In this document: positions 38,215 to 50,185 of the stretch, piece after piece
Numbering within the stretch: position 1 is the first letter of the stretch
Layout of the letters: each line of letters starts with the position of its first letter
Source of the DNA: Hypanus sabinus
Taxonomy: Eukaryota
Assembly: GCF_030144855.1 (NCBI RefSeq)
Contig: NC_082710.1
Coordinates: 133,052,001-133,116,000, forward strand
Length of the DNA: 64,000 bases
Direction of reading: 5' to 3'
The notes under the pieces: model-generated
What the model saw: the letters and a program-made list of their open reading frames with translations, nothing else
What the model was told of the DNA's origin: nothing
The model's database searches: none
Translations under genes and position numbers: made by a program

Positions 38215-38697
38215 ATCAGTGAAGGGCATTCTGACTGGTTGCTTCACTGTCTGGTATGGAGGGGCCACTGCAAAGGATTGGAGAAAGCTGCAGAAAGTTG
38301 GAAACTCAGCCAGCTCCATCTTGGGCATAGCCTCCGCAGCAGCCAGGACCCCTCAAAAGGCAGTAGCTCAGAAAGGCAGCATGCATCATTAAGGAGCCCC
38401 ATCTCCCAGGACATGCCCTCTTCCCACTACTGCCATCAAGGAGGAGCCTGAACACACATGCACAACATTTCAGGAACAGCATCTTCCCCTTTGCCATTAG
38501 ATTTCTGAATGGTCAGTGAACCCTTGAGCACTTCGTCAGTATTTTTCCTTGCCTTTTTGCACTACTTATTTACTTTTTAAAAATATATACTTCTTATTCT
38601 AATTTATAGTTTTTATTACAGTGCATTGCAATGTTCTGCTGCTGGAAAACAACTCATTTCATGACATATGCCGGCAATATTAAATCTGATTCTGACC
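38215..38697 (+). mobile_element. Rex1-type 3' fragment
   Basis: ILTGCFTVWYGG...WRKLQKV and tail. Confidence 0.75.
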
Positions 38698-39814
38698 TTT
38701 TGTGTTGTGTGTGAGCTATATGTACTGTGTGGTGCACCTTAGTGCAGAGGAACATTGTTTTGTTTGGTGGTATACATGTATGCAACAGAAATGACAATAA
38801 ACTTGAACTTGAATTTGAACTTGACATTTTTTCTTCCGTTTTAGATAATTTTCTTAACATGGTGCACTCATCATTGATTTTCTAATCAAACTTAATTACT
38901 AGATATGATGTTCATTGGGCCAGTACTAATGGTGGTATTGGAATTTGCTCAGGAAAACAAATGCACACTGGGATGGTGTTGCATGTACTGAGCTCAGTAG
39001 GCAAGGAGGTTGTTTACCATGGCTATACTTGGGTACTCAAGAAACCAGGTACTGTATAAGAGGGGAGATAAATCAAATCTTACTCACTGTTTGGCAGGTT
39101 GGTTAATGAACAAAATATGAAGATACTTGTTCACGTTGATAGCTGGCATGTTTCTTTACAGAATTACGTTTGGAGTGGTTTGTTGCTGCCTAGGGCAAGT
39201 AAGGCTTCATAAGCTTAGTCTCATGAACAGGATCTTTGATTGAGCTATCAGCTGGGATATCAGGTGACTCATGTTCCCAGTTCAACCAAAAACCTCTGGT
39301 TTTATAGTTTTTATGGTAAAAGCTCTCCTTGTAGTATTTTGTCTTTGGAAAGCCTTCCTATAGTCAGATTATATATCTCATAATGAGCTATAAATATATA
39401 TTGAGGCCTTTAGGTAGATGGATCATGGCTGACTTTACAACAGGCCTCATCTCCTCCTATATGTCACATCTCCATCATCGTCGATCACCCCCGGTCATTC
39501 AAAGAAAAATTTAACTCCACTTTAAGTACTTCTAATAATCTACCCTTCACAAGTCTCTTGGTTAAAGAGTTCAAGACATTCACCACTGTCAGAAGAAATT
39601 TCTAAATATCTTGATTTTAAATGACAAACCTCTTATCTTGAAATTATGTCTCCTCATTCAAAAATTTCCCCATTTGTGTCTTCAGAGAAGTCACATTAGT
39701 TTTCTGTCTCCATCCTTTCCACTCTCGATGAAGGGTCTCAGCCAGAAACATCAGCTGTTTAAAGATGTTCCGTAGATGTGCCTGATTTGCTGATTTCCTC
39801 CAGCAGTTTGTGTT

Positions 39815-40225
39815 TTATCAGGATGTGGCCAGGATTAGAAGGTATGAGCTAAAAGGAGCAGTTGAACACACTTGTGTGTTTTCTCTGAAGTGGTGGAGGA
39901 TGAGGGGAGACCTGACAGCTGTTCATAAAATTATGAGAGACATTGATAGGGTAGACAGCCAGTATCTGTTTCATGGGATTGCTAAGTCTAATTCTAGAAG
40001 ACGTTCATTAAAGGTGATGGGAAAGTTTAAAGGAGATGAGTGGGGCAGTATTTTTACACAGAGAGTGGTAGGTGCATGGAATGTGGAGGCAGATATGACA
40101 GAGGCATTGTAGAGGTTCTTCGACAGGCACATCAATATGGAGGGATTCGGACCATCTACTAGCTGAAGTAGTTTGATACAACATCATAGGCCAAAGGACC
40201 TGTTCCTGTGCTATATTCTGTGTAC
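39815..40225 (+). mobile_element. CR1 3' fragment
   Basis: RMRGDLTAVHKIMRDIDRVD...FTQRVVGAWN. Confidence 0.75.
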
Positions 40226-43169
40226 TGAGAACGTCTTTGTTGGAAGAGGCATTATGAAGCATCTTAAAATCTACTCTTTCTCATTTCAAACCTATGTGTA
40301 TACGTTGATAGTTTTGGAATTAAGTTCTGTGTCATATTGGTGGTATCCAGAAATTGCACATACCACTTCCCCTGTGGCTTCTGTGAACTCTACCCCTTAC
40401 TGTGTCCGTCCCCTGTCCTTGAACAGGGGCATTGGCATGTTTGCTTGCTTGGTCTCTGATTGTAACAGGGGCCATTGCACATTTGAATGGCTTTCCTCTG
40501 GGTTCATTTATTCAGCATTGTATAGTCAGAATTCGGATGAATGAAGCAGCAGGAACAGCTTTTTTTTTTATGGAGAATCAATTACCATCAAAGGCCACAG
40601 AATGAATATAGCTGATTTCTTTTTGTCTTTGTTGCTGCTGTGCTTTGTGAAATCTAGTTATATGCCCTTCTTTGGTGATTGGAAGTAAGGAGTTAAAAAG
40701 AGCGAAAAACACTGACATATTCGTATGTTTGATAACATTCCAGTAAAGTTGTAGCAGATGCAGAATTAAGATTGGTAGAGGTCAGGAAATAAAGCTCAGT
40801 TATTTTATTGTGCACTGATTATTTGTTGCAATTTCACACTGCTGTGCATACTGATATTGTCTCCTTTAAGGAGGGAAATGCTTAAATTATAGGCAACTCA
40901 GGGAAAGTTCAATTGAGTACCAGGAGGAAGCACTACCTTATGAGGAAATCTTGAGTAGGTTGGCCCTGTACTTATTGCAGTACCGTATGGAAGCATGGGA
41001 GGTGATCTTATTTAAATGTAAAATTGTGAAGGAAGTTGATGCAGTTAATGTTGGAGGTTTCTCTTCATAAGGGAATCTGGAATGATGAGGCTTTGTATAA
41101 GGGTTTACCCCCTTCAGAAGGAGGATAAGAAGATTTTAATATCTCAGATGGTAGCAAATCTTTGGCATTTTCTACTGCAGATATCCTGGCAGACAGAATA
41201 ATTGAAGAATAAGAGAAACAGATTTGTTGCCTATGGAGGAATCGGGAGCTACGGGGATATCTGGCAGGAGAGTGAAGCTGAGGACAAGAATGCTGGAGTT
41301 GGGATAAGGTGCCATACAGCCAGTTCTAGCACCTATATCATACATCCATATCTTCCAGCAACATTGAATAGGTACTTGGACAGGAACAAGGATTGGAAAA
41401 GCTTAGGGAGATATGGGGCAAGCACAGGCAAATGGGAATTGCTTCAATTGGAATCTTGGTTGACATGGAGCAGTTTGGTCCAATGGCCTGTTTCCATGTT
41501 CTATGTCCATGACTACATCTTCAGGTGATGAGTGGATTGACTTTTTAAGTGATTAACTTTTTTAGTGCTCTACGATGAAATAAAATCCTTTGATTTCAGC
41601 TTTAATAATCCTATCGAATTTTATGTGGGGACATATTTGCAGCTTCTACATTTTCTCAGTGGTTGGCTGAACAGAGGCCATTACTAATGGGAGTAACTTA
41701 AAGAACTGGATCTGTGGAATGGACAGTGGGTATGATACAGCGGATAGACCAAAAATTGTCCCTCAATCACTGTTGGAACTGGTGATCTGAATTCAAATAT
41801 CACCAGGGCAACACGATCATGAACCTGAATATCTTCATGTACTTGGAGTAAAAAAAAGTGTCAGTAATCCTTTCGGATTTGATATGACACTATCAATGCA
41901 TTTTATTGTATGTTTTTATATTCTGATATATGTGTGACAAATAAAGCTAATTTTTAAATCTTTAATTCAAATCTCATGTCTTTGGAAAGTGGCAGGAAAC
42001 TGGAGCACTCAGGGATAACTCACGTGGCTACTGAGAGAACATGCAAACTCCATACAGACAATGTCAGGATTGAACTCAGGCCAGTGTCGACATGAGACAG
42101 CAGCTCTATTACCCTTTGCATAATTCACAGAGATATTGTGCTACAAGAATAAGCATCTTGCATTGACAGGAGTCTGTGACAACATACCAAAGTACTGTTG
42201 GACTTGAAGATTCTCCATACCAGCTCTGAGATACAGAGAGATTGACAGCCCTGACCTTGCCTGTGAGAATGTTTCACATAGGCATCTTACATTTGTAACA
42301 GCCTTCGATTTAGAGATGCATGTGGGAAGCAATTACCAAATGAAAGCTGAGAAAGGACTCACTCAAGGAGGCTCGATGTTGGGTAATCAATAGCCAGCTG
42401 TTCCACCCCCTGTTGACTGCTGCAAGTTTCTATTGAGCAAACTGCTCAGATTTTAAACTTCTGTTTTTCAAATCTTTCCATGTTGACACCTGCCCTCCAC
42501 TTCTCTGACCTCCTCCTACCCTCCAACTTTGCAAGATATTTGATCTTACTTGATCACAAATGTTGTGCTCACTCAACGTAAACTGAAATTCCAGCCCGAA
42601 ACCTTTTTGCCTCTTTGGCTTTCTGTCCTCATTTAAGGCAATTGCAAAAACCCCATCACTTTGACGAGGTTGTTTCAGTATCTGTGTACGTGGTGCTGTG
42701 AAAAAAAGCTGTCTGCTACTCTACTGTGAGGTGCTCTATCAATGATCGTTGTTTATTTCATGTTTGCCTTCTGTATACAGCAATGTTGTTGGACCCTCTG
42801 TCTAAGAGACAATGGAAAAGATATCTGAGAAGATTTTGAAATGAGTAAGATCAATAGAAGAAGAGAATATAAAAAATAAAAATTGCCTGTCTACATCACT
42901 TTGTAGATTAAGTAAATATTTATGAATCAAAAGAGAAAAGCTGCTGTAGATCAGTTTTTGCAGTTGCTATGGTTTCATATTCTGTAAGCAAACAAGACAA
43001 GTGAAGGGGACAGATTTACTTAAAACACACAAGCCCAACATTGACCTAAAAAATAGCTTCAGAAATAGCTTCACTTTCAGTCTGTAATTTGGACTCAAGG
43101 TCAAGATCATAGGTCATTAGACACCACAATCAAGCTGGTGATAAAACATCCCTTTGTCATGCTTTCACT

Positions 43170-45670
43170 TGTATTTAGAAGAGACCGCTGTAGATCCCTG
43201 CATGGAACATATTATAAAGGTGATTCTATCAGTTACAAAGCATGTTTTAGGCCAACGGTGTGGAGAATTGTCCAAGATTGCCTGTTGACAAAAGCAGGAC
43301 AAATCCAATCCAGCTAATTACTGCCTGGTCAGCGTATTCTCAATCATCACCAAACTTGTGGAAGGTGTCATTAAATACCAAGTAGCCCGCTCCCCAGTGT
43401 CGGGTTTCTCCAGGACCCACTGGCTCTGGGCCTCAGCAGGCCTTGGTTCTAGCATGGTTAAGAATGGATTAAAACGGAGATTGATGGCAGGGTAGTGTCT
43501 GGTTGAGTTTGGCAGCAAGGGGCTTGGGTTTATTGTCATATGCATATATGGACAGGTGCAATGAAACTCTTACTAAAAGCAGCATCAGAGCATCAGATTT
43601 ACAGCATACACAAGGAAAACATAAACTGAATATATATTATACAGATTCTTTACAAGAAAGAATACAATTAGAAGGTAAGTCAATTTTAGTGATTAAAGTG
43701 GTCATAAAGGTTGCCAAGTTATAGTATAAACATTTGGGCTGGTTGTTTCAAGATCCAGCTGTTCTGGAGCCTAGTGGTGTAAGATTTTAGGCTTCTTTAC
43801 CTCCTGCCCATTGGTAGCTGTGGATGTTGTGATATTTTGAGGAAGGATGTTGCCATCTGGAGGCATTGCTGTATTGATGGTGGGGAGAGAAGTGCACGTG
43901 ATGTATTGGCAGAGTCCACTACTTTTTGTGGCTTCTTGCAGTCCTGTGCATTTGAATTTCCATATCAGACCATAACCAATCAGATTACTTCCAACAGTAC
44001 ATATTAAAAGTTCATTGGAGTGTTTGATGACTTGCCAGATCTCCTTAGCCTCCTCAGAGGTTATCAACGAGAGAAGTGTCCCAGTTGTGGGAGAAAGATG
44101 GTTGTGATTGTTGGGTGTCTACCAGCCCAGCTCCAAAGTATCACTGCCGCTGTTCCTCAGGAGACGATTCAAGGTCCATTGAACTTCATCAATGGTGTTC
44201 CTTTATCATAAACTTAGAAATGGGGATATTTGCTAATGATTGTGCAATATTCCTTTCCATTCCTAACTCGTAAGCAATTGAAGCAAATTTTGCTGGTGCG
44301 TAGCAAGACCCAGACGCCAGTGGGGAATGCAGTGATTAGTGGCAATTATGATTTGCATCATTACATTGCCCATCACTGTCTGTCTCAAATGGTGTTCAAT
44401 GGAATTAACAGTGCTGAATCCTCAACCTGAGGATTAATGTTGACCAGATACTCAACAGGATTACCCATGTGGTACTATGTCACATGAGCAGGTCTGAAGA
44501 TAGATATTATGTGACAAGTGAGAGACTCTCTTCCAGACACCCCAGTGCCTTTCTAGTACCTACAAGGTTCAAGGCAGTGTGTGATGTGGACTCCACACTT
44601 ATCTGGATGAGTGCAACTCCAACAAGGTGTAAGAGACTCTACAGCATTCAGGACAAAGCAGACTAATGGAATGGTACTCCATCCACAACCTGAAATGCTC
44701 CTTCCTGCCATCGTGGGCACAAGGACACTCCCCGTGGGAGGCCATGTTGGGGCGGAGGTTAGGAGGCTGCTTTTCGGAGGATGAAGGCCCCACGGAAAGG
44801 CCCTCCGAGCTGTTGCTGATGAAGTGTGTTTCATGAAATTCCGGGACATACGTGATTATCGGTGTGGTCTGTAATTTATATTGGTCTCCTTCAGTTTTTC
44901 TGTGTTTTCTTCCTTGTTGCTGATTGGTGGGTGGGCGATGTGTTACTTTTTTTGGGTGAAGAAGGAGTTGGGTTTTGGATGTTATAATCGATGAATTTTT
45001 TTGTGTGGGAGGACCTTGGATTTTAGGAGCTTTATGATTGTTTCCGGGTAGGCGATCTGATAGTTTTTGTGCGAGGGAGAGTTTGGGGGGGGGGGGGGTT
45101 GTGTGGGATTTGAGTTTTTAGCAACTGCGACTGGGTGGGCGATCTGTTAGTTTTTGTGTGAGGGAGATGTTGGGGGTTTGGTGTTTGCAAGTTTTGTTTC
45201 TTTTACTTTTTTGTGTGGGGAGGGCCTCAGTAACTTCCTGTATTTTTCTGTATTTCATGACTACCTGGAGAAGATGAAAATCGGAGTTATATTCTGCATA
45301 CATACTTTGATAATAAAATGAAACTTTGAGACTTTGTCTGCAGTATGTACATCTTCAAAACGCGCTAACGTTATTCACCCAGACCACACAAACTCCAGAT
45401 CCTCCAACTCCTCCTAAGGACAAGAGTGACGAGCACATAGAACACCACTACCACGATGTAGGTTACCACACCATTTAGACTCAGAAATGTATCAATCTTC
45501 CTTCACTGCTGCTGGCTCAAAATTCTGGAACTCACTTCCTCCTTCCAAAACAAGTATTGCCTTGCTTCTAGATGGTGTCTTACCACGGCCTGCTCGAGGG
45601 AATTATGGATGTACAATGAACGGTGGCTTTGACAGCAACATCTAGAAGCCAGCAAATGAAGGAATTAAAA
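43170..45670 (+). mobile_element. Old CR1-group LINE relic with nested insertions (Rex1 at about 43510-44055 minus; unclassified element at about 44720-45330)
   Basis: KKQDKSNPANY.L.S..SII.K..EG, AAVPQETIQGP and IFANDC in colinear order. Confidence 0.6.
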
Positions 45671-46063
45671 AAAAAGGTTTTGGCCTGAAATGTAGACTTT
45701 TTCCTCCATTGACGCTGCTTGACCGGTTGAATTCCTCCAGCATTTTGTGTGTGCTGTTTCTCCTAAATCATTTGGTTGAATGTGCTCCTCTGGGTGCTAG
45801 AGAACTCCCTGGTCTTGATTCTACCCCTAGTTTTACTAGGACTTAGAGAATACTGAGTTAGAAAACACCATTTATCTGCATGGTAGTCTACGAGGTTAGG
45901 AGAAGTGACACTTACTTTGCCACTTGAGTTGTAGTGCAGATCATAGTTAAAGAATAAATCTCTTTTTGTTAGGCACTGAAGCATTGCAAGAGCCATAATT
46001 TAGAGGGACTGCCTATGAAGGAGAAGAATTAAGATCCACTTGCTTATGTTGTTAGTGAAATAC

Positions 46064-47515
46064 ATTCTTCTGCTTTTGTGCCAATAGCGACTCACAGCTA
46101 TCGGGAAGGTGCATTACCGCCACCTATTGTAATGGAGTATGAAGGGAACCTTTATGGAGATTAGATCCTACTTACCAAAGCTGTTTTAATTAAAAAGTTC
46201 ACCAGGGCCCTTCGTGACTTAACCATCTCTGCCTCAAATGCCAGAATATCCTGCAAATTACACACCCCAAATCTACCCAATAATTGTCTAAAGAGCTTCC
46301 CACATCCCAATGAATATCTGTGGCACACCATGATCATATATTCCACCATATCAGGGAACTTCCAAAAACTACATCTCCTGTCCCATGCTTACCAACAAGC
46401 ACTAGAGTTGTGTACAAACCCGTATGTCCAAATATCAGTCTCGCCAACTACGTATCTTCTGTCCTATTCCTTCCCATAAGGCACCTCCCTGGACTGATGG
46501 AAACAAGATTTGGCTTCATACTTTCCCGTATTAACTTTAATATCTACCTCAGACTTTGTAAGTTGCCTGTTTTGCCATTACATCTGTCCTTTCATTACCT
46601 GATACACCCACATGTGGAGGTACCCAACAAAGCTGTACTACTCTTCCCGCTCTCTCCAGAACATGTGGATTGTAGTATACTCGTACCAACCGATCAGGTC
46701 TCCCTAAATGCTTCTATTCCAAGCTCTGCAGTACCGAGGCAGAAACTGAGCAGATCACAGTTCTGTTTGGCTTACCTTGTTCAACCCATTACAGACTAAT
46801 GATAATGGCCTACAAAATCCTACCTTGGCTCCTCACCGTGGTGTAGGACTGACACTGGTCAAACATCAGTGAAGTACGGCGGAGATTCGTTCCCTGGCAG
46901 GTCTAATCGAGCCACAAAGGTGATGTTCCATCGGTGTACTACTAGACTAGATCTGGTAGTAGGATCGTGGCAGCTAAGTCAGAGGTAAGCATGCCTTTGC
47001 TGCTTTGTAGGTTATGCCACTTCAGGCAAAGGCTGCACCCAACGAGGACGCCGGCAGCAGGGTATCTGATGGTGTCTGTGGCAGATGAATCCAAAAGGGT
47101 GAATGGTACAGCCACCTTGGTGGCATGCGGAGGAACCGGAGTGCTGGTCAACCGATGGCATCACTAGACCAGTTAGTTGTCACTGCGGGGGAGCTTCCTT
47201 ATCCGCTCAGTCTGTTACACTCCTGTGTACCACTTCGCATCAGATTTGGAAGCCCAGAGAGACTGCATGGTGGGGGCACGACACCGTCTGTCTTATTACT
47301 GTGCAAGGTGTGTTGGAGTAGAGTTTCTGGATGGTGTGGCTCATAAACGTGCCTGCAGAGGCTCAGCATAGTCAACATCGAAATCGATGGACAGCCGAAG
47401 AGAGGAGAGACAGGAGAATGATATTGGCCATAAATCTGCTGTATAAATGGACAGCCCATTGGTCAGCCTTTTCTCCACCTCAACATTAAACCCGGGGATA
47501 AATATCCCAGATATT
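46064..47515 (-). mobile_element. Nimb/I-group LINE 3' fragment (RNase H and C-terminus), split by an RTE insertion
   Basis: KRLTNGLSIYTA, AIIISL.WVEQ..VICS, CWVPPHVG, GHTGL..LVGKH, NFLIKTALVSRI*, and 3' UTR TAGGTGGCGGTAATGCACC. Confidence 0.82.
46811..47416 (+). mobile_element. RTE-like LINE 3' fragment
   Basis: 13-bp TSD AATGATA(A/T)TGGCC at 46798-46810 and 47417-47429; terminal YYCARC...AHKRAC* zinc-finger remnant; GA-rich tail. Confidence 0.65.
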
Positions 47516-48279
47516 TGCTCACCCCATTACTAACTGGGAGATAAATACACTAAAAGCCTAACAGAAATAAGTTTTGAGTCTCATGTAACTGATTTGTTAG
47601 AGTTAACAAGCCAAATCAAAACCAAAGAGTTAATTAGCCAATGTGATTTGAGATGATGGTCGTCTTGAATGGGTAGATAAATTCCAGTTTGTTTTAGGAG
47701 TGTTACAGATGAAGTTGCTAAGCCCTGTTTAAAGAGAAAGGATTAAGTGGAATTTTCTTTTCAGATAAACTTATTGAGAACCAGAAACAAATGTTGAAGG
47801 GAATGTCACATAAGATAGTAGTTTCAATCTTAAGATTGTTGCTTCAATTGCTTCAATGGCAGACACCAATACAAAATCATTCTGACAGCATAATAATGTT
47901 GTTGTCATTCACATTTATTTCAAATTCAAGTCCCCTTTTGAAAGGGACGATTTTTTTATTTTCATCATTGGTTTTGATGGCTGACTGCTTTCACAGTTCA
48001 TGTTTACTTGGCAGTTGCACAGGTTTTACTGATTGACCCAGTTAAATATAAGTGCAAGTTATACAGAGCTTGGGTGCACTAACCAACCATTAACAGGATC
48101 TGATTATGGATAATAAGAAAAGTGATTTTTTGTACTGTAAGATTTCACTCCACTGCCAAGAGAAAAAATCTAAATCAGAGGTGCCTCCAAAGTAACTGAG
48201 CTGCTCTATCTTGAATGGTTTTCAACAGTTTTGCCTTGCCCATGTCTTAATCCAGATCAATAGATAGATAGACTGACAG

Positions 48280-48776
48280 AATTCAAAAGAGGTTTACGAA
48301 AATGATTCTGGGATTGAAATGCTTGTCACATGAGGAGCGTTGATGAATCTGGGCCTGTAGTCACTGGAATTCAGAAGAATCTTTGGTGACCTCATTGAAA
48401 CCTATCAAATGTTGAAAGGCCTCGATAGTGTGGATAGAGAGGATGTTTCCTGTGGTGGAAGAGTCTAAGACCAGAGGACGCAGCCTCAGAATAGGGGGCG
48501 TCCTTTTAGAACAGAGGTGAGGAGTAATTTCTTTGGCCAGAGAGTGATGAATCTGTGGAATTTGTTGCCATGGTTGCTGTGGAGGCCAGGTCATTGGGCA
48601 TATTTAAGGCAGAGGTTGATAGATTCTCGATTGGTCAGGGCATGAAGGGATATGGGGAGAAAGCAGGAGAATAGGGCTGAGAGGGAAAGTAGATTAAAAA
48701 TAATGAAATGGTGGAGCAGATTTGATGGGCCAAATGGACTAATTCTGCTTCTGTATCTAACGGTCTAATGGTCTTA
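48280..48776 (+). mobile_element. CR1 3' fragment
   Basis: GDLIETYQMLKGLD...TRGRSLRI and tail. Confidence 0.8.
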
Positions 48777-48849
48777 TACACACAGTGGTCACTTTATTAG
48801 GTACCAGAGTGGAACCCGGCATGGTAGTCAGCTGCTCACGAGAGAGAGG

Positions 48850-49500
48850 TTTTCAGAAGGTTCAGAGTTGCCTTTCCAGTGTTTGCACTGAGCTTCAGAG
48901 CATTCCTCAGTGTGTACTGTACCCTGGAATGTGCCATTCGCCTCGTACCCTCATGGACGTCTTGTTTTATTGGAAGACCAACAAGTGTTGGGCAGACCAA
49001 AATACACCTTTCATCTTGCTGATGATCTTCCAGCAGCAGTTCGATGTCTGTCTATGCCCGGGGAACAGCCCATAGATCAGACCGCCCTCTGTTACAAAAC
49101 TGTTCGCGATTAACCGCAACAACAACCTTTGCACCCCCTTCCCAGACTTTCTTGGTAAAAGCATAGCGAACAAGGAGGTGGCCTGCAGATTCATCTGCAT
49201 CACAGCTGTTTCAAGAGCTGCGTGGGAGTGAGAAACTGATTTGTGGGCTAGAGTCCATCTTACTGTCAGCCAAGGAGAGTCTTGGTAGCGGTCAGTGAGC
49301 TCCGGCAAAAGCCATTATGCCAGACAGTTTGCTTGGGAAATACATCTCAGGGCCTGTGGGAGAAAGTATTGTTTTGTATTGCCTACTGCCTGATGGACCT
49401 GCGATCAAAAATATGTTTTCACAGAAACTCTTCTACAAGGGACTGGTAGAATGGCAAGGTCCAGTGGAATGGAACAGAGTGAGTGCACCATACACATGAA
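48850..49500 (-). mobile_element. Tx1/L1-clade LINE ORF2 C-terminal fragment
   Basis: PELTDRYQDSPWLTVR...LIYGLFPG...NCCWKII...WSAQHLLVFQ. Confidence 0.7.
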
Positions 49501-49644
49501 GGCTACATATAGGCTTTCCAGACGCACACCATCTATTGTGCTTTGCGATCATATTTTAACTAAAAATTCATTGCATTACACCCAAAAATGTTCCACTACA
49601 TGATACTAACTTTTGTTCCATGTTTGGATTCGTGGTTTGGTTTG

Positions 49645-50185
49645 TTATGGTTGGTTTATTGTTAAGCGTACAGAGATACCATGGTGTGTGCTGTCCAGGT
49701 AGACCATTCCACACATAAGTACATTAAGGTTGTTAGAATAAGATAGTGTTGCAACTACAGAGGAAGAATAGTGCCAATAAAATGCAGTGGTTTCCTCAAG
49801 AGATCGGGAGATCAAAAATTCATCTTTGGCGTTTGGAGATCTGTTGTCAGTGGGACAGAATCTGTCCTTGAGTCTTGTAGTACATGCTCTCAAGCTTTTG
49901 TACCTTGGTTTATGTAGGCTGCTCTCCCTAGTCAGCAGTACTCAGAGTAAGTGGGTGGAGTCTGTTTTGTGTGATGGTCTGGGCTGCTTTCAAAACACTT
50001 CTCAATTCCTTGTGCTTACAGCAGTTGCCATAGCAAACTGTGATACATCTAAATGGGGTGTGTTCTGTGATCCATGTGTATAAAATTGTGAGGGACATTC
50101 CAAATGTCCTTATTCTTCTGAGGAAATAGAGGTGTTGCTGTACTTTGTTGACCATCACATTCACTTGACTGAACCAGGTCAAGTT
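49645..50185 (-). mobile_element. Rex1-type fragment
   Basis: ITENLTW...KVQQHLYFLRRIRTFGMS. Confidence 0.75.
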
